This document shows, in pieces, positions 41,738 through 63,729 of a stretch of DNA of 64,000 nt. Position 1 is the first letter of the stretch. Each line of letters opens with the position of its first letter. Location of the stretch: NCBI RefSeq assembly GCF_009914755.1, contig NC_060940.1, one strand, 5' to 3'. This stretch comes from the human T2T-CHM13v2.0 reference genome, Homo sapiens. A model generated the notes under the pieces. That model was not told where the DNA came from, searched no databases, and saw only the letters and a list, made by a program, of their open reading frames with translations. Made by a program: the position numbers and the translations under genes.

Positions 41738-42310
41738 TTTTTAAAAATTGTAGTGAAAAACACATAACATGAAATTTACCATTTAAACCATTTTTAGGTG
41801 TGTAATTCAGTGGCATTAATTATAATCACAATGTTGGGTAACTATAACCACCAGTGTCCATTTCCAGAACTTTTTCATCATCCCAAACGGATTCTCTGTA
41901 TCCATTAAACAATAACATTTCCCCCCAACCTGACCGGCCCCCGCCCACAGCCCATGGTGACCCCTATTCTCCTGTTTCTGCATTTTCTTATTCTAGATAC
42001 CTCATATAAGTGGATTAACGTGTCCTTTTGTGTCTGGCTTATTTCACTTAATGTGGCATTTTTGATTCATCCATGTTGTAGCGTGTGTCAGAATTTCCTT
42101 CCTTTTTAAGGCTGAATAATATTCCGTTGTATATACATACCACATTTTGTTTCTCCATTCATCTGTAGATGGACATTTGGGTTGTCTCCACCTTTTGGCT
42201 GTTGGAATAATGCGGGTGAGAACTTGGCTGTACAAGTATCTGAGCCCAAGATTTCAGTTCTTTTGGTTGTATACCTAGGAGTGGAATTACTATGGTGATT
42301 TTGTATTTAA
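41738..42310 (-). mobile_element. L1MB 3' fragment nested in an older AT-rich L1M region (~41220-43250)
   Basis: catgaaatttaccattt...ccattcatctgtagatggacatttgggttg...atacctaggagtggaatt; ORF 42044-42235 is L1-like. Confidence 0.85.
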
Positions 42311-43686
42311 CATGTCATGCCCATGCTAATGGGCATGACGTGTGTAGCTGCAAATTTTATCTGTTACATTTATAAGTTTTCCCATATCACTGTTTTGCAT
42401 TTTATCTTACTTCTGTGAGTATTGCAGAAAAGGATTTAAGAATTTTAAAAATAATTAGGCCTGTGCATTTAAAAAATGTGTATAATTTCGGTTTTTGCGT
42501 CAATAATGTAAAAGTTCTTATCTATAAAATGAGATACTTTTTTTTTTCTTTATGGCCACATTGGTTCTGCAGAGATAAATACTTTTTTCTGTTTTCGCTT
42601 GCTTTCTTCATGATGTTACGTTATCAAAATAAATATCCCATTAGAATTTATAGTGTTATATGTGTCACTATAATATATAACTATAAATATGTATTTATAC
42701 ATAATATATATTATATAGACATGTATATAAAATGAGGACTGGGTCTAAATTATTTTCTATGCTGGGATCCTATTGTCACAAAGACATTAAGTAAACAGTG
42801 TCATTTTTTACTGTGATTTTTTTTTTAGTGTTGATCACTTTTAACATTCTTACATACAGTGAGAATTTGTTTCTTGTTTTGAGTAAGTCCCATATGATTT
42901 TTATTACTGATGTGTTATCGTATTTTCTTTAATGTCTGGAAGAGCTAGTTTTGCCTTTTTTTCCTCCATGATATTCTTTGATCGTTCATACATTTTCAAA
43001 ACAAATTTCAGACTTTGAATTCTTTGAAGCACAGTAGGATGTAAGTAGGAACTGTGTTCATCTGTATATACACCGGGGAAGGATTTTACCTTCCCATCAA
43101 TCAGGTAACACAGTATGGCTTCGTCCATTTTTAAGTTTTGCTCCTTTTTTCCTCACGTAATATAACTGTTTTTCTTTATATGAGCTTCACTCATCCCATG
43201 CCGTGCTAATTACGAAATCTTTGTCCAGTTTTGGTTGCTGTCGTGAAGAGCCGACTGATCAGCTGCCTTGGCAGTGCAGTTGCTTGTGTTTCACGGGTGA
43301 AAGACACCAACTGCTTTACTGTGGCCCACATGTTACGAGCTGATCTTCAGTAGAAAGAACTTCTGTTGTTATTGGTGCTGGCTTTCTACGTGCCTGAGTG
43401 CAGGGCCGAGAAGTCCTGAGTGTCCACCACGAGTCTGTGATACACCACACGCACCTAAGCATCTTGGAACACACAGTGGACTGGCAGTGTCTCTAGGATT
43501 AAGCAAAAGAATTTCCAATTCCTGATCTTTTTTTTGGCTAACTGTGACTAGAGTGTGTCCCAGTCCTGAATGAATATGTGATTCATAAAGTTAGAATGTT
43601 TCACCAACATCACAGAGGGAACCTTGTGAAATACCCAAGGTTATAGAAAGCAGAGGCCATGCAACTGCCATCTTACTGCTTACCAT

Positions 43687-43751
43687 TTGGTACCCCACTT
43701 TCCCTCCTTGGTACCCCACTTTCCCGGTCCTTGATACCCTACTTTTCCTCC
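43687..43751. repeat. Minisatellite, 3 x ~21 bp
   Basis: ttggtaccccactttccctcc / ttggtaccccactttcccggtcc / ttgataccctacttttcctcc. Confidence 0.92.
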
Positions 43752-43809
43752 CATTTGGGAAACATCAAAGCTGTCTTCGCTCCCCACGCCCACTGTTTTT
43801 ACTTCGTGG

Positions 43810-44212
43810 TGTTCTGGTTTGAGTACTGGTTCTGCTACTTGCTGACTGCACAACACCTCTCTGAGTGGTCCCTCTGTGAGCCTCAGTTTTGTCTGCAGTG
43901 AAATGGGAATAATAATATCTTCCTCATAAGGGCATTGGGAGGATCAATGAGCTAATAAAAGTAAACTTGCTAAAGGCAATGCAGGATCCTGGGTTGGATC
44001 TTGGAACAGAAATAAAACATTAGTGCAAAAGTTGGTGAAATCCAAATAAAGTCTGGAGTTTAGTTAATAGTAGTATACTAATTATTATTTTAGCATTGGC
44101 AAATGTGCCATGATTATATAAGATAGTATTATTAAGGGAAACTGGGTGAAGACCATACTATCTTTTCAGATTTTCTGAAAGTAATATCCAAAATTATTCC
44201 AAAATAAAACAA
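43810..44212 (+). mobile_element. MIR (~43810-43970) followed by an L1MC3/4-like 3' fragment
   Basis: ctctgtgagcctcagttt...aaatgggaataataata; gcaggatcctgggttggatcttggaacaga. Confidence 0.75.
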
Positions 44213-44224
44213 AAAGAACCTGTG

Positions 44225-44799
<575 letters not shown>

Positions 44800-45308
44800 T
44801 AAAGAACCTGTTTTGTAAATGATATTGTTATACAAATGTCAGGTGGTTTTATTTCAAATATCTTTCTTTTATTTTTTAGTTTTTAATTTTTTTTATTTCT
44901 TTTCTTTTCCCTTTGAAACTCACCTATTCAATCAAATATCTTTCTTTTGCTAGATTATTGGGCTTATTGAATAAGTATTTCTTGAACAAATATTTATCAA
45001 ATGTTAAGCATTACGGACAATGTAAAGCATATAAGATAAGGCCTCTGCCCTATGATCTTGTTCCAGAAAAGAAGTTGAAACCACACATCAGCAAAGTCAA
45101 AACAGCATGTCACAGGGGCTGTGCGACTGTGTAGCTGAGACCATGGGTGCTGTGGGCTTCACAGTGTGGAGTGCTTTCCCTGGGCCGCAGGGGTCGGGAG
45201 GGCGTCCAGGGAAGAAGGCCGATGTGGGCAAAGAGATGCAGCAAGAACACAAGGGACAGAGAGTGGAAGTAGTGAAAAATGCGGGAAACAAATCTGCCCT
45301 CGCTCTCA

Positions 45309-45776
<468 letters not shown>

Positions 45777-45944
45777 CTATTTGAAGCCTCATTAGACTTG
45801 AGTATGGTGCCCTGTCCCTGGTTGACCAGGGTGACCGTGGGCCAGTAATGTATTGTTAGAACTTAATTTCTGCTGACTATGAGTTGTGATGGGGTGGATT
45901 GACTCCTGAGGTTCTTTCAAGCTTTCATGTTCTAAGAATGTGCG

Positions 45945-45971
45945 CACACACACACACACACACACACACAC
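45945..45971. repeat. (CA)n microsatellite
   Basis: Pure CA run. Confidence 0.95.
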
Positions 45972-46107
45972 TCATTTACTCCTACTTTTTGAGGGCAGAA
46001 GAAGGGTACTCGTGAGTATTCGTGGGCACAGAAGGCTTGTCCATGCTAGGATATCTAGCCTTCATATTTTTCTGTTTCCAAATCTGAACTCAAGGTATAG
46101 CACAAAC

Positions 46108-46281
46108 TTTCTTTTTTTCAACTTTAAGTTCCGGGGTACGTGTACAGGATGTGCAGGTTTGTTACATCGGTTAAACATGCGCCATGGTGGTTTACTGCAC
46201 AGATCAACCCATCACCTAGGTATTAAGCCCAGCATCGGTTAGCCATTCTTTCTGATGCTCTCCCTCCCCGCACCCCACCCT
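46108..46281 (-). mobile_element. Short L1PA 3' end
   Basis: ttaagttccggggtacgtgtacaggatgtgcaggtttgttacat...ccatcacctaggtattaagccc. Confidence 0.88.
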
Positions 46282-46839
46282 GCAAAAACTGTTAAACAGA
46301 AGAGCTACTATGGGTGAACCAGGTTGACTCAGAGGCTCTTGGTTAGGCCTGTGGACATGTACAGCCCTGGAGGGAACCTTCCTAACTAGATTTGCAGCTG
46401 CATAAACAGTCAGATCCGAGTAGTGTTGATTGGAGGGTCTTCTGCCCTGGCATGCCATGGGGGCTCTGCTTTTGTTCTTTTCGTGGTCAGCTATTTCGTA
46501 ATAATTATTTTTAATAGTTATATGTTACTAAAACTTTAAAAAAATAAAAGCTTAGACAGTATAAAGAATGTCTTTTTCCTATTCTGCTCACCTTCAGTTT
46601 CCTCCTCCAAGGCCCACTGTTGTGTTTCTTGCGGTTCTTTCAAAGATATTCTTGGAATATACAAGCGTATGTATATATATTCCTTGAAAAAACACACACA
46701 TGTGTATGCACACAAACTCACAAATGATAGCACAATTATACATTGTTCTGCACTTTTTCGTTTAGTAGTTATCTTAGAATGTTCCCATAGTATTTGAAGC
46801 TAACTTGAAGAGCTTCGTTCACCTCCCCTTTCCCCACTA

Positions 46840-47192
<353 letters not shown>

Positions 47193-47602
47193 ATGGATTG
47201 AAATATTTTAAAACATATTTGAATCCAGTGCCTCATAAAGATTCTTAAACAAAATGAAACCTCATTGTTCATTTTTAGAGGATGCAAGGAAATCAACTCA
47301 TTCTGAAGACTGGTAAACAAAGGGAAAGAAGCAAGCATTTCTCCTGCCTTTTCTTTACAAACTGAACCTCCAGGAAGCCAAATAGTTGATATGGGGAGGT
47401 TTCTCTTTACAGAAGTATTGTAGCTAATAAATGAAGAAGGTGTGGTAGAATTAGAATATTACTATTTTGCAGGCTTCAGTGAATTATTTAATTATTTAAG
47501 CCTATTTCTGAACTTTCTTATTAATTGACACTTGCCTATTCATACATCAGTACCACATTGTTTTAATTGCTGTAGCTTTGTAGTATGTTTTAATACTTTA
47601 GA

Positions 47603-47644
47603 AACTCCCCCTACACACACACACCACTCTTTTACAAACTCCTC

Positions 47645-47684
<40 letters not shown>
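47603..47684. repeat. Duplicated aaactcc..cctac(ac)n unit with expanded (CA)n in the second copy
   Basis: aaactccccctacacacacacacc... aaactcctcctacacacacac... Confidence 0.85.
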
Positions 47685-47686
<2 letters not shown>

Positions 47687-48079
47687 TCTTCTTCTTTAGA
47701 ATGTTCATGGCTATTCTTGTGTATTTAGTTTTCCTAATAAATTTTAGAATAAATTCATCTAGCTCTGAAAAAAGTCATAGTGTTTTTTTTAAAATTGAGT
47801 AAAATGTATAGCTGTGCATAAAGTGAATTGCCATCTGTTGTGTTTTACTGGCTTGCCTGAGATAGAATAGGAATATAAATATCAAGCCTTGCATTTCTGT
47901 TAGGGAAACATTAATTGCACAAGATTTAGTCATTTATTAAACAACTAATTTAGCCTGTGTACCAGGCAATATTTTATATACTTCAGAGAAAACAAGCAAA
48001 TAAATCATAGCCAATTTCTAGCATCAGGCTCTTACCTGTTTGTTAAGATCTAGCTTGGTATCCATCACATCATATGAAG

Positions 48080-49500
48080 AAATTTGACTTTCAGCTGACC
48101 ACCAGTTCCATGTGTGCCAATTTTTACATGGTTGCTAAGAGTTATTATAATCTTCGGTTGAATTAGAGGATGTGCAGAGAGGGAGAAGTGGAGCATAGTG
48201 ACAAGTGGTTTAGGCTCTGGAGGCAGACACCAGGGTGTGAATTAGGTGCTATATGACCTTGAGAGGTGTTGTAGCCTCTTTGAGCTATAGTTTCCTTAAG
48301 TGTTAAGTGGGGATATCAATTGTAACTAACTTGTGGGGTTGCGTGTGAGGCCTAAATGAGATAATCTAAAGTGCTTTGCACCTTTCCTGCACATGCTGGT
48401 GTTCTGGAAATGTTACCTGGTATTTAAGTTGGTAATCTGACTCTGCTGGCCTCATGGTATCTGATTTATTATGTTTAGTTCCTGATATGATTAGCTAGAA
48501 GAGGCAGTAGATGATATCTCGAAGAGGGCAGCCAGATGATCGGGAAAGGGGGGTTGCCTAGAAACACTGAAGAAATGGTAGGCCTCTTTACTAGAAGAGG
48601 GAATACTAACATGAAACAGTAGCCATTGATTGGTTGGTTGATTGATTGATGGGTCTCACCCTGTCACCTAGGCTGGGTTGCAGTGGTGCAATCATGGCTC
48701 ACTTCAGCCTCCACCTCCTCAGCTCCAGTGATTCTCCCTCAGTCTCCTGAGTAGCTGGGACCACAGGTGGGCACCACCATGCCCAACTACTCTTTTAAAT
48801 TATTTGTAGAGATGAGTCCTCGCTAGGTTGCCCAGGTCTGGAATTCCTGGGCTCAAGCAATCCTCCTGCTTCAGGCTCCCAAAGTGCTGGAATTAGAGGC
48901 AAAGTATCTAGGTATCCGGCCTAGATACTTTGAATTGCTTTGGAGATAGAGATGGGGAGACTCAGACCAGGTAATAGAATCAGCCTCACATGAAGAAAAA
49001 AAAAAACCAAACAACTTTCTGGGCCAGGTGCCCTGGCTCATGCCTGTAATCCCAGCACTTTGGGAGGCTGCAGTGGGCATATCACTTGAGGCCAGGAGTT
49101 CGAGACCAACCTGGCCAACATGGTGAAACCCCGTCTCTATTAAAAATACAAAAATTAGCTGGGTGTGGTGGCGCACACCTGTAATCCTAGCTACTTGGGA
49201 GACTGAGGCATGAGAATTGCTTAAACCTGGGAGGCAGAGGTTGCATTGAGCCAAGATGGCGCCATTCCACTCCAGCTTGGGTGACGGAGCGAGACTGTGT
49301 CTCAAAACAAAACAACCCCTCACCAACTTTCTGGCAAGTACATCTGTTCAATGATGGGATGATTCTATAGTGAGCTCCCTGTAAGAAACGTTCACGAAGA
49401 ATCTGGATAGCCACTTGTTAGGGATACAACAAAAAGAATTTCTGCATTAGGAAGATGAGGCTAAATGATGACTAAGGTGTTTTCCTATGAATTTCTAGTA
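48080..49500 (+). mobile_element. L3/CR1 LINE remnant with nested MIR (~48190-48420), AluJ (-, ~48625-48921) and AluS (+, 49022-49315)
   Basis: ctgaccaccag...tggttgctaag...gaagagggcagccagatg...gagctccctgt...tggatagccacttgttagggat resemble recalled L3; Alu TSD caactttctgg. Confidence 0.6.
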
Positions 49501-49946
49501 TACATGTACACATATGCAATCATATATATGGAAAATTCTCTGCATATAGCTTATCACTTCCAAAAAACCACAGTTCTTTGAAACCTTATTTGATCCTTTT
49601 TTGAGTTAGAGGATATTGCAATGCACCTTGGGGTCCTTGTGAACGTAAGTGATCATCAAAGAGGTGAAGAGATGGTGAAATAGGGAGACTTGGGGACTAG
49701 TGTGTTTCACTTCTGTCTCATTGTCTATTATCTCAGAGAGAAGACCCTTAGCTATGAGCCCTTCTTGCTTCCTACTTTGAGCATGAGCCTTTACAAGAAT
49801 GAGCACATTACTGGAAGTTTTCTGCCTCTTTAGTGTGTATGAGCTTTTTGAAAGAAGGTGCTAGTCATGTCTAGCAAACAAATGACAAATTTAAAGAAAA
49901 GGATGTGACCCTATAAACTTGGCCTTGCTGCATTTAGCCCCAACAC

Positions 49947-50298
<352 letters not shown>

Positions 50299-50582
50299 TA
50301 AATGTAAATGTAACCACAGTATGTTAGAAAAACTTGATAAAGTTATGTAAAAAAGGTAGTGTTAATATATTTATTTCGGATTCATCCTGATTTCCTTTGG
50401 ACAGGCATTAATGACTTGCTGTACTTTTCAAAGTCATGTTTTGTAAAACTTTTTGCTGTCGCCCAATACATGTAGTGTAACATTGTAGATACCATGTTAG
50501 CCTATTAAGTGAAAAACCTAGCAAGTATAAATAAAATTCTCATTCTTAGTTGATCTTTAAAGTATGATTTGTGCATCTTCAG

Positions 50583-50793
50583 TGAATGATGAACCCACAA
50601 CAGCCACTGATCCCGAAGAACCTTCCGTTGTTGGTGTGACGTCCCCACCTGCTGCACCCTTGAGTGTGACCCCGAATCCCAACACGACTTCTCTCCCTGC
50701 CCCAGCCACACCGGCTGAAGGAGAGGAACCCAGCACTTCGGGTACACAGCAGCTCCCAGCGGCTGCCCAGGCCCCCGACGCTCTGCCTGCTGG
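50583..50793 (+). CDS. WWP2: WWP2 internal coding exon (exon 8, 211 nt, phase 1-2), VNDEPTTATDPEEP...AQAPDALPAG; Pro/Thr-rich linker up to the start of WW1
   Basis: Acceptor gtgcatcttcAG|TG, donor CTGG|GTGAGT; ORF 50564-50797; ends in LPAG, the lead-in to WW1 (LPxGWE). Confidence 0.97.
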
Positions 50794-51226
50794 GTGAGTA
50801 GTCTTCTGTCCCATAACAGATCTCTCCTCCTCAAAGACTGAGGCTCCTTTACGGGGGTGGAAACAACGTGGTTATTTATTACCTAGTGGCTAGTAGCCTC
50901 TGGGGAGGCTGCTGTGCATTGAAGCAAGGGAGGTGTGGAAGAACTGCTTGTTCTACATAAATCTTAAAAAGAATCTCAGTCGCCTGGGGCAGAATCAATG
51001 CTACCTTGTACTGTGACTTGAAATGAACAGCTTGACTCAAAGAGTGTGGCTTTTACGGAACAAGGAGCTCATTTTGCTTTCCTGAATCATTGGAGGATGT
51101 TCGCCTAGATCCTGCCTAGAAAACAGCTTTTCTCTCTTGAATTTTATCGTATCAGCCCACGGAGGAGTTGGGTTTTAGGCTGTGAATATTGCTGTATGTT
51201 ATTCTCATAATCGGGACTTAAGTTAA

Positions 51227-51885
<659 letters not shown>

Positions 51886-51954
51886 TCTGACAGCAAAGAC
51901 CTTGGATGATAAGAAGACAGCCCCTGTAAGCCAAAGGGAAGTTCAAGTTTGGTT

Positions 51955-52170
51955 ATATGGTGAGTGGAGATTATAAGCATGGACCTGTGAATCAGACAGC
52001 TCTGGGTTTGAATCCCCCCACCATGTGACCTTGGCCGAATGACTTAGCCTCTTGATAAGGTGGAGATAATCATCATACATATCTCCCCAGGAAGTTAAGG
52101 GACTCAAATAAGATGGTGAACATGAAGCCCTCACTGATTGGTGGGTGTTACACCTGGTAAGTGATATTTT
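51955..52170 (+). mobile_element. MIR
   Basis: tctgggtttgaatccc...tgtgaccttggccgaatgacttagcctct. Confidence 0.8.
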
Positions 52171-52498
52171 CCGAGTGGTTGTGAAGGGGCCCTAAAGGAA
52201 GGGCATGCTTCTGAACCGGGAGGTGAAGTCCCTTCTTCGCAGCTCTGATCATGGTTGGGGCCAGTTTTCACTGCCTCTCCTGGTTATCAGTTTGGTGTGG
52301 AGGAAACCCACATCTGTGTCACTCTAGTTGCTGGTGATCTGGTTGACGATGACTTGGTGGTGTGTATCCTGTGAACCGTTGTGATTCATAAAGGAAAAAA
52401 GAAGGGTGTAAGGCCTCTTACTTGACTACAAGGTGCTGTATTATTCTTTTTTTCACTCCCTTATCCCATCTCTTTATTCTATTATTAAGCCACTTTCA

Positions 52499-52719
<221 letters not shown>

Positions 52720-54219
52720 TTAAGCCACTTTCAAAAACCCAGTTGTCAAAACAAAAATCTTTTATCGGAAGGCACATGTGACCTTTACTACGTACGTATT
52801 GTTTTCCTAGCATGCGCCACGCTACCTAACTCCCGTCTGTTCAGAAAGTCCTGTTCCACATACCTTTGTACCTCAAACCTGGAGAGAATTGGCAGGATTG
52901 AGAGGCAGCTCTGGGATGTTTTTTTGTGAGGTTTTTGATTTTAGTGAAGGTTAAAGTGAAAAGCTCACTAATCAATTGCTTTGTGTCCAGCTACTCCCTA
53001 TAGAGATATTTCTCTTTTGTATGTGGTAAGGAATACTCGAAAGACCTTTGTTTGGTTTGTAATTTCAAGCCTGTATGTTATAATTTGGGGGGAACAATGC
53101 AGAATCATGTTGGCAGAAAGGAGAGAAAATGGCCGCCTGTGTCCCCAGTGAGCTGTTTGTTTTCTTTCCGCTGAGCGAATGCCTGGAAGGCCGGCCTCAC
53201 TCCTGTGTCAGTCACAGGCAATTAGGGCTAATGGCTCAACATGTCTTTATGTAGGGCGTGTGTGAGGGTTACTGTTCTCGGGGATTGGGCACTTCCTGTT
53301 TCCAGGCAGCTGGAAAACTCCAGGCTCTGAAAACGCTCTTTATTCTAAGTCTGGCAGATCGAGCAGCCCAGGGAAGCCGATTCCCCTCCCTCATCCTGCC
53401 AGAGGCTGAAACACGTTTCTGAGGTAGAGCCTAAACAGCATCTTTTCCTTGGGGCATTTAGAACGTGATGAGGGCCACATGTGGGCCTGGGGAGGCTGCT
53501 CCCCACTTGAACATGTACGATGGTCCAGAGAAGGGTGTCGGAGACCCAATTTTCCAACCCAGATGGCTTCCACGTGCTCTTCTCTAAGATGGCTAGGAGG
53601 GCTCTGTGGGCTGACTCGGGGCCTGGAGATCGTCAGCCACCTACCTGGAGACTGACTAGCACTGCTGAGTGTCTAAGAGGGAGCATGGCAGGCTTTTGGT
53701 TGGCTGATGGAAGCCAGAGAGAGTACTATTTCTGCCAGCGATCCTTCCAGTTCATAGGCCTGCCAGCCCCACCCCAGTTTACTTAAAAGTTTAGGAGATC
53801 CAGGCAAGGCGGGTTATTAATTTACCCCTGGTGTTCCAGAGTCAGGGGACCAATGAGAGAAGGAAATCTGTCATTTCTAATTCCAATACCAACAAAGGGT
53901 GTGTTGTGGCAAAGGGATTGGAGTGCTATCTCTTAGGAACTGCATCTTCTTGAGTTTGCAGAATGCCTTTATCTTTTATGAGGATATATAAATGCAGCAG
54001 CTGAATTGAGTATCTACTAGTGCCCAAGTTCTATATTCGAGGTTTTACACTGTTGATTCTTTCATTAGACAGAATATCTGTTACTATTTAAGAGACAGCA
54101 GGTCAGGTACTGGGTATGGCAGATGCAGTGCTAAACAAGAAATGGTTCTTGCTACCAGACTGTTTCATGATGCGTGCCCTGGTCACTCAGTTCTCCCCCT
54201 GGCTCGACTCAGCCATTCC

Positions 54220-55895
<1,676 letters not shown>

Positions 55896-56095
55896 TGCTT
55901 TTAAATGCCATCTTTTTTTTTCTTTCCTTCACCTAGATGAATGTTTTTTGCCTCTTTGATGCCTCAAAGAAAGAACAGCTATGACAGCAATATTGCATTT
56001 TCTTCCCAAGGGCAAGAAAGTTGAGCCTAATGCTGTCATTCACTGGCTTGACTGGCTTTGGGTTCAAATATGCATCTCTCATAGTTCAGAATGCT

Positions 56096-56923
<828 letters not shown>

Positions 56924-58033
56924 TGCATTGTCTTTTTGAAATATGCAGCAGATGAGACTTTGGCCATATGTGGTTACACACGTCTGCACGTTTTAAGAAC
57001 TGAAGGCTGCTGAAACCTGGGCTGAAGATGTCCAAATACAGCACTCCCCATCCCTTTTCTCTGTCCCCATCTGTAAACCCTCCTGCTTTCCATAGCTTTT
57101 AAATTAACTAGCGTGAAAGAAGCCAACTGGAAGGGTATGAAGTTTTCAGGTTGCAAATGTCTGTGAAAGAAGGGGTGCCAGGAAGGTTTGAAGGGGCTAG
57201 TGAGATAGTGGTTCAGGCCGTGGGCAATGGGAAGCGAGGCTGCTTTGGTCTGCAGGCCCTGTATCTGTTTTTTCTCAGCGCTCAGCCCACTTTGGGGACC
57301 CAGTGCTCATTATCAATGAGCCAACTGTGTGTACATGGCTTAGATAAACTCCAAGTGTGTCCCTTACAGTCTTTGCAGCTCCCTCGGTCCCACACACACA
57401 GAGGCACATTATTTTGCCCTGGCAGCCAGCACGCCACTGTGGTTTCTTACATAACGGAGGGCGTTGTGTTTGGACTGCCGACTTACTTCAGCTCTGCCAT
57501 TTCACACCATGCTTTTTCTCCCGCAGCCATTGGCTGCCCCGTCTGTTTCCTGCCTCCGAGTGGAATTAATTGAGGAGGGATGTTTTCTGGATCTTTCGGA
57601 TTTGCCATCTCCTCTACCCCCCTGCCCAATTATGGATATCCAGAGGCACTCTCTTGAGATGGCCCTTAAGACACTATCAAGGACGACAGCCTTGTAAGAG
57701 TTCTTGGATGTTTGTTTGTGGGGACACTCTAAGAGATGTTGGAATTTGGAGCTTCTCTGCTAAGTTATAAACCAGGCGCTGCCATTGAATTTCATTCCAA
57801 ACTCAACTTCAGCACTAGCCAAAGAGTCTTACCCAAGGAGTTTTAACACTGAGCTGCTCAAAACTATTTGTGAGAAAACAGTCCTTTTTGGTTGTTGTTT
57901 TGTTTTAATTTATTTTAAAATAGTCTGTCTATTGTGAATCCTTTAATTCTATACTCTGTTCAATGAGACGAATCTATTGAGCACACATGTGGATATTACA
58001 GCAATGTCAGATCGGTACAAAAGTTCCTAAAGT

Positions 58034-58960
58034 GGGCCAGGCTCATGCCTGTAATCTAGCACTTTGGGAGGCCGAGTCAGGAGGATTGGTTGAGTCCAGG
58101 AGTTCGAGACCAGCCTGGGCAACATAGCAAGACTTCGTCTCTACAAAAAATACAAACAAAAACATCAGCTGTGTGCACCTGTGATCCTAGCTATTCTGGA
58201 GGCTGAGGCAGGAGGATCGCATAAGTCCCGGAAGTCGAGCCTGTAGTGAGCTGTGTTCAAGTCACTGCCCTTCAGCCTGGATGACTGAGTGAGACCCTGT
58301 CTCAGTTAAAAGAAAAAAAAGTTTCTAAGTGCTTAGAAACTTCAGTACTTTTCTGGTCACAGAACAGTAACAGTTTGGGCTGTGGACCATTCTTTGAGTA
58401 GCATCAGATTAAAGGATTACACTGAGCGTCTGTGTCTTTCCTCCAGTTTGTTTCTTTGCTTAGTATGGTTAGTTTGTGACTCTGCAGGGATTGTTACATG
58501 CTTAGGTCACATGGAATAGTGTGTGTTTCTGGCTTCCTCATCACCATCTCAGAACTTAAACTCTTATTTCCAAAGATTCTACTGTTGTCGGAGGCTGGGC
58601 CATGAGATGTTTTCACCTTATGTGTATGTATTCATGCATAATTATTCATTTTCATTTCTACTGCACTTTCTTTCCTTTTTTTGGAGACAGGGTCTCATTT
58701 TGTCACCCAGGCTGGAGTATAGTGGCGTGATCATAGCTCACTGCAGCCTCAACTTCCTTAGCTCAAGCAGTTCTCCTGCCTCAGCCTCCCAAGTAGCTGG
58801 GACTACCATGCGCCACCATGCTCAGCTAATTTTTGTACTTTTTGTAGAGACAAGGTCTTGCTATGTTACCCAGGCTGGTCTTGAACTCTTGGAGGCTCAA
58901 GCGATCCTCCTATCTTGGCCTACCAAAGTGCTGGGGTTACAGGTGTGAACCACCGTGCCC
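58034..58960. mobile_element. AluJ (+, 58034-58320) and AluJ (-, ~58675-58960)
   Basis: Alu consensus with imperfect TSDs. Confidence 0.88.
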
Positions 58961-59637
58961 ATCCTTACTGCAATTTCTTGAGAGCTCCTCAAGAGTAAAG
59001 AATATTGTGTCCGTCTTTGTGTTCCCTGTACCCAGCATACAACTTGGCTTCCAAAGAGAGGGAGTGATGTGTTACATGAGTGGGAAAATGATATCACATT
59101 CTCAGTGGCCCTTAAAATTTTTTAAAGTTTTTTTCTGATCTTATTATAAAAGCCCATTGATGGAAAATTAGAAAAAAATAGGAGGTGGGAGAAGAACAGT
59201 ACATAATAACAACAGTTAACAAACACCCCCCCAGAGCTGACCATTGGTATTTCTTCTGCAGCTTGTGTGTATTTTTTTTTTTTTTTTAAACACTAACTAC
59301 AGCTACCATGTATTCTAAGTGTTTCTAAGGTGCTGGGGACTGCCCAGTTTCCTACCTGGATGATTTCATGCAGTCTTCCCTCTGTGAGAGAGCTACTTTT
59401 ATCCTCATCTTGCAAGTGAGGAGAACTTAAGCAATTTGCCTGGCACCACATATACAGATACACGTATAACACACATCTACCAAAAGTTGATAATCTTCCA
59501 GTATATGCTTTTAAAATCCATTCGTTTTTATTGTAAAATATTGTAAGCATGCAGATACAAATGGAGAAGAATGTAAAAAATACCTGTGGCTCATCATCTT
59601 TGGCTCTGTGCTGCATTTGCTACAGGTCTCTCCCCGT

Positions 59638-62830
<3,193 letters not shown>

Positions 62831-62889
62831 TAACTGTCCCTATACTGCCAACCTTTTATCTGCAAAAATGTTAAAAAGAATTTTTTAGA

Positions 62890-63398
<509 letters not shown>

Positions 63399-63659
63399 TA
63401 AAGATAAAAAAGATAAGAAGAAAGACTTAATTCAGGAGCTTTGGTAGCTGCTCCCATGCCATCCTGTGTTTGGAGGCATAAAGTGCTGGTTGTTGAGTTA
63501 TTAAAAGGTTAGTGTGCTTAGATTTAAAGGCTAGTTCCTTATTTCAGGAAGGGTCCTTCGGGGAAGGACTGAGTTTAACACATTTCCTACCCAGTTTACA
63601 AAGGACCTACTGAAGCACTAAACACAGTGCACAGGAATTATATTCCACTGCAGACAGAT

Positions 63660-63729
63660 TGCTGACTCATAAAACAGCCTGAAAACATCCCTACAGAAGA
63701 AATAAATCTTATGGTTCTCCCCGGAAGTG
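63660..63729. promoter_or_regulatory. Candidate CNC-sMaf (ARE/MARE) plus ETS motif pair
   Basis: TGCTGACTCAT at 63660-63670 and CCGGAAGTG at 63721-63729 in non-repetitive sequence; motif match only. Confidence 0.45.
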
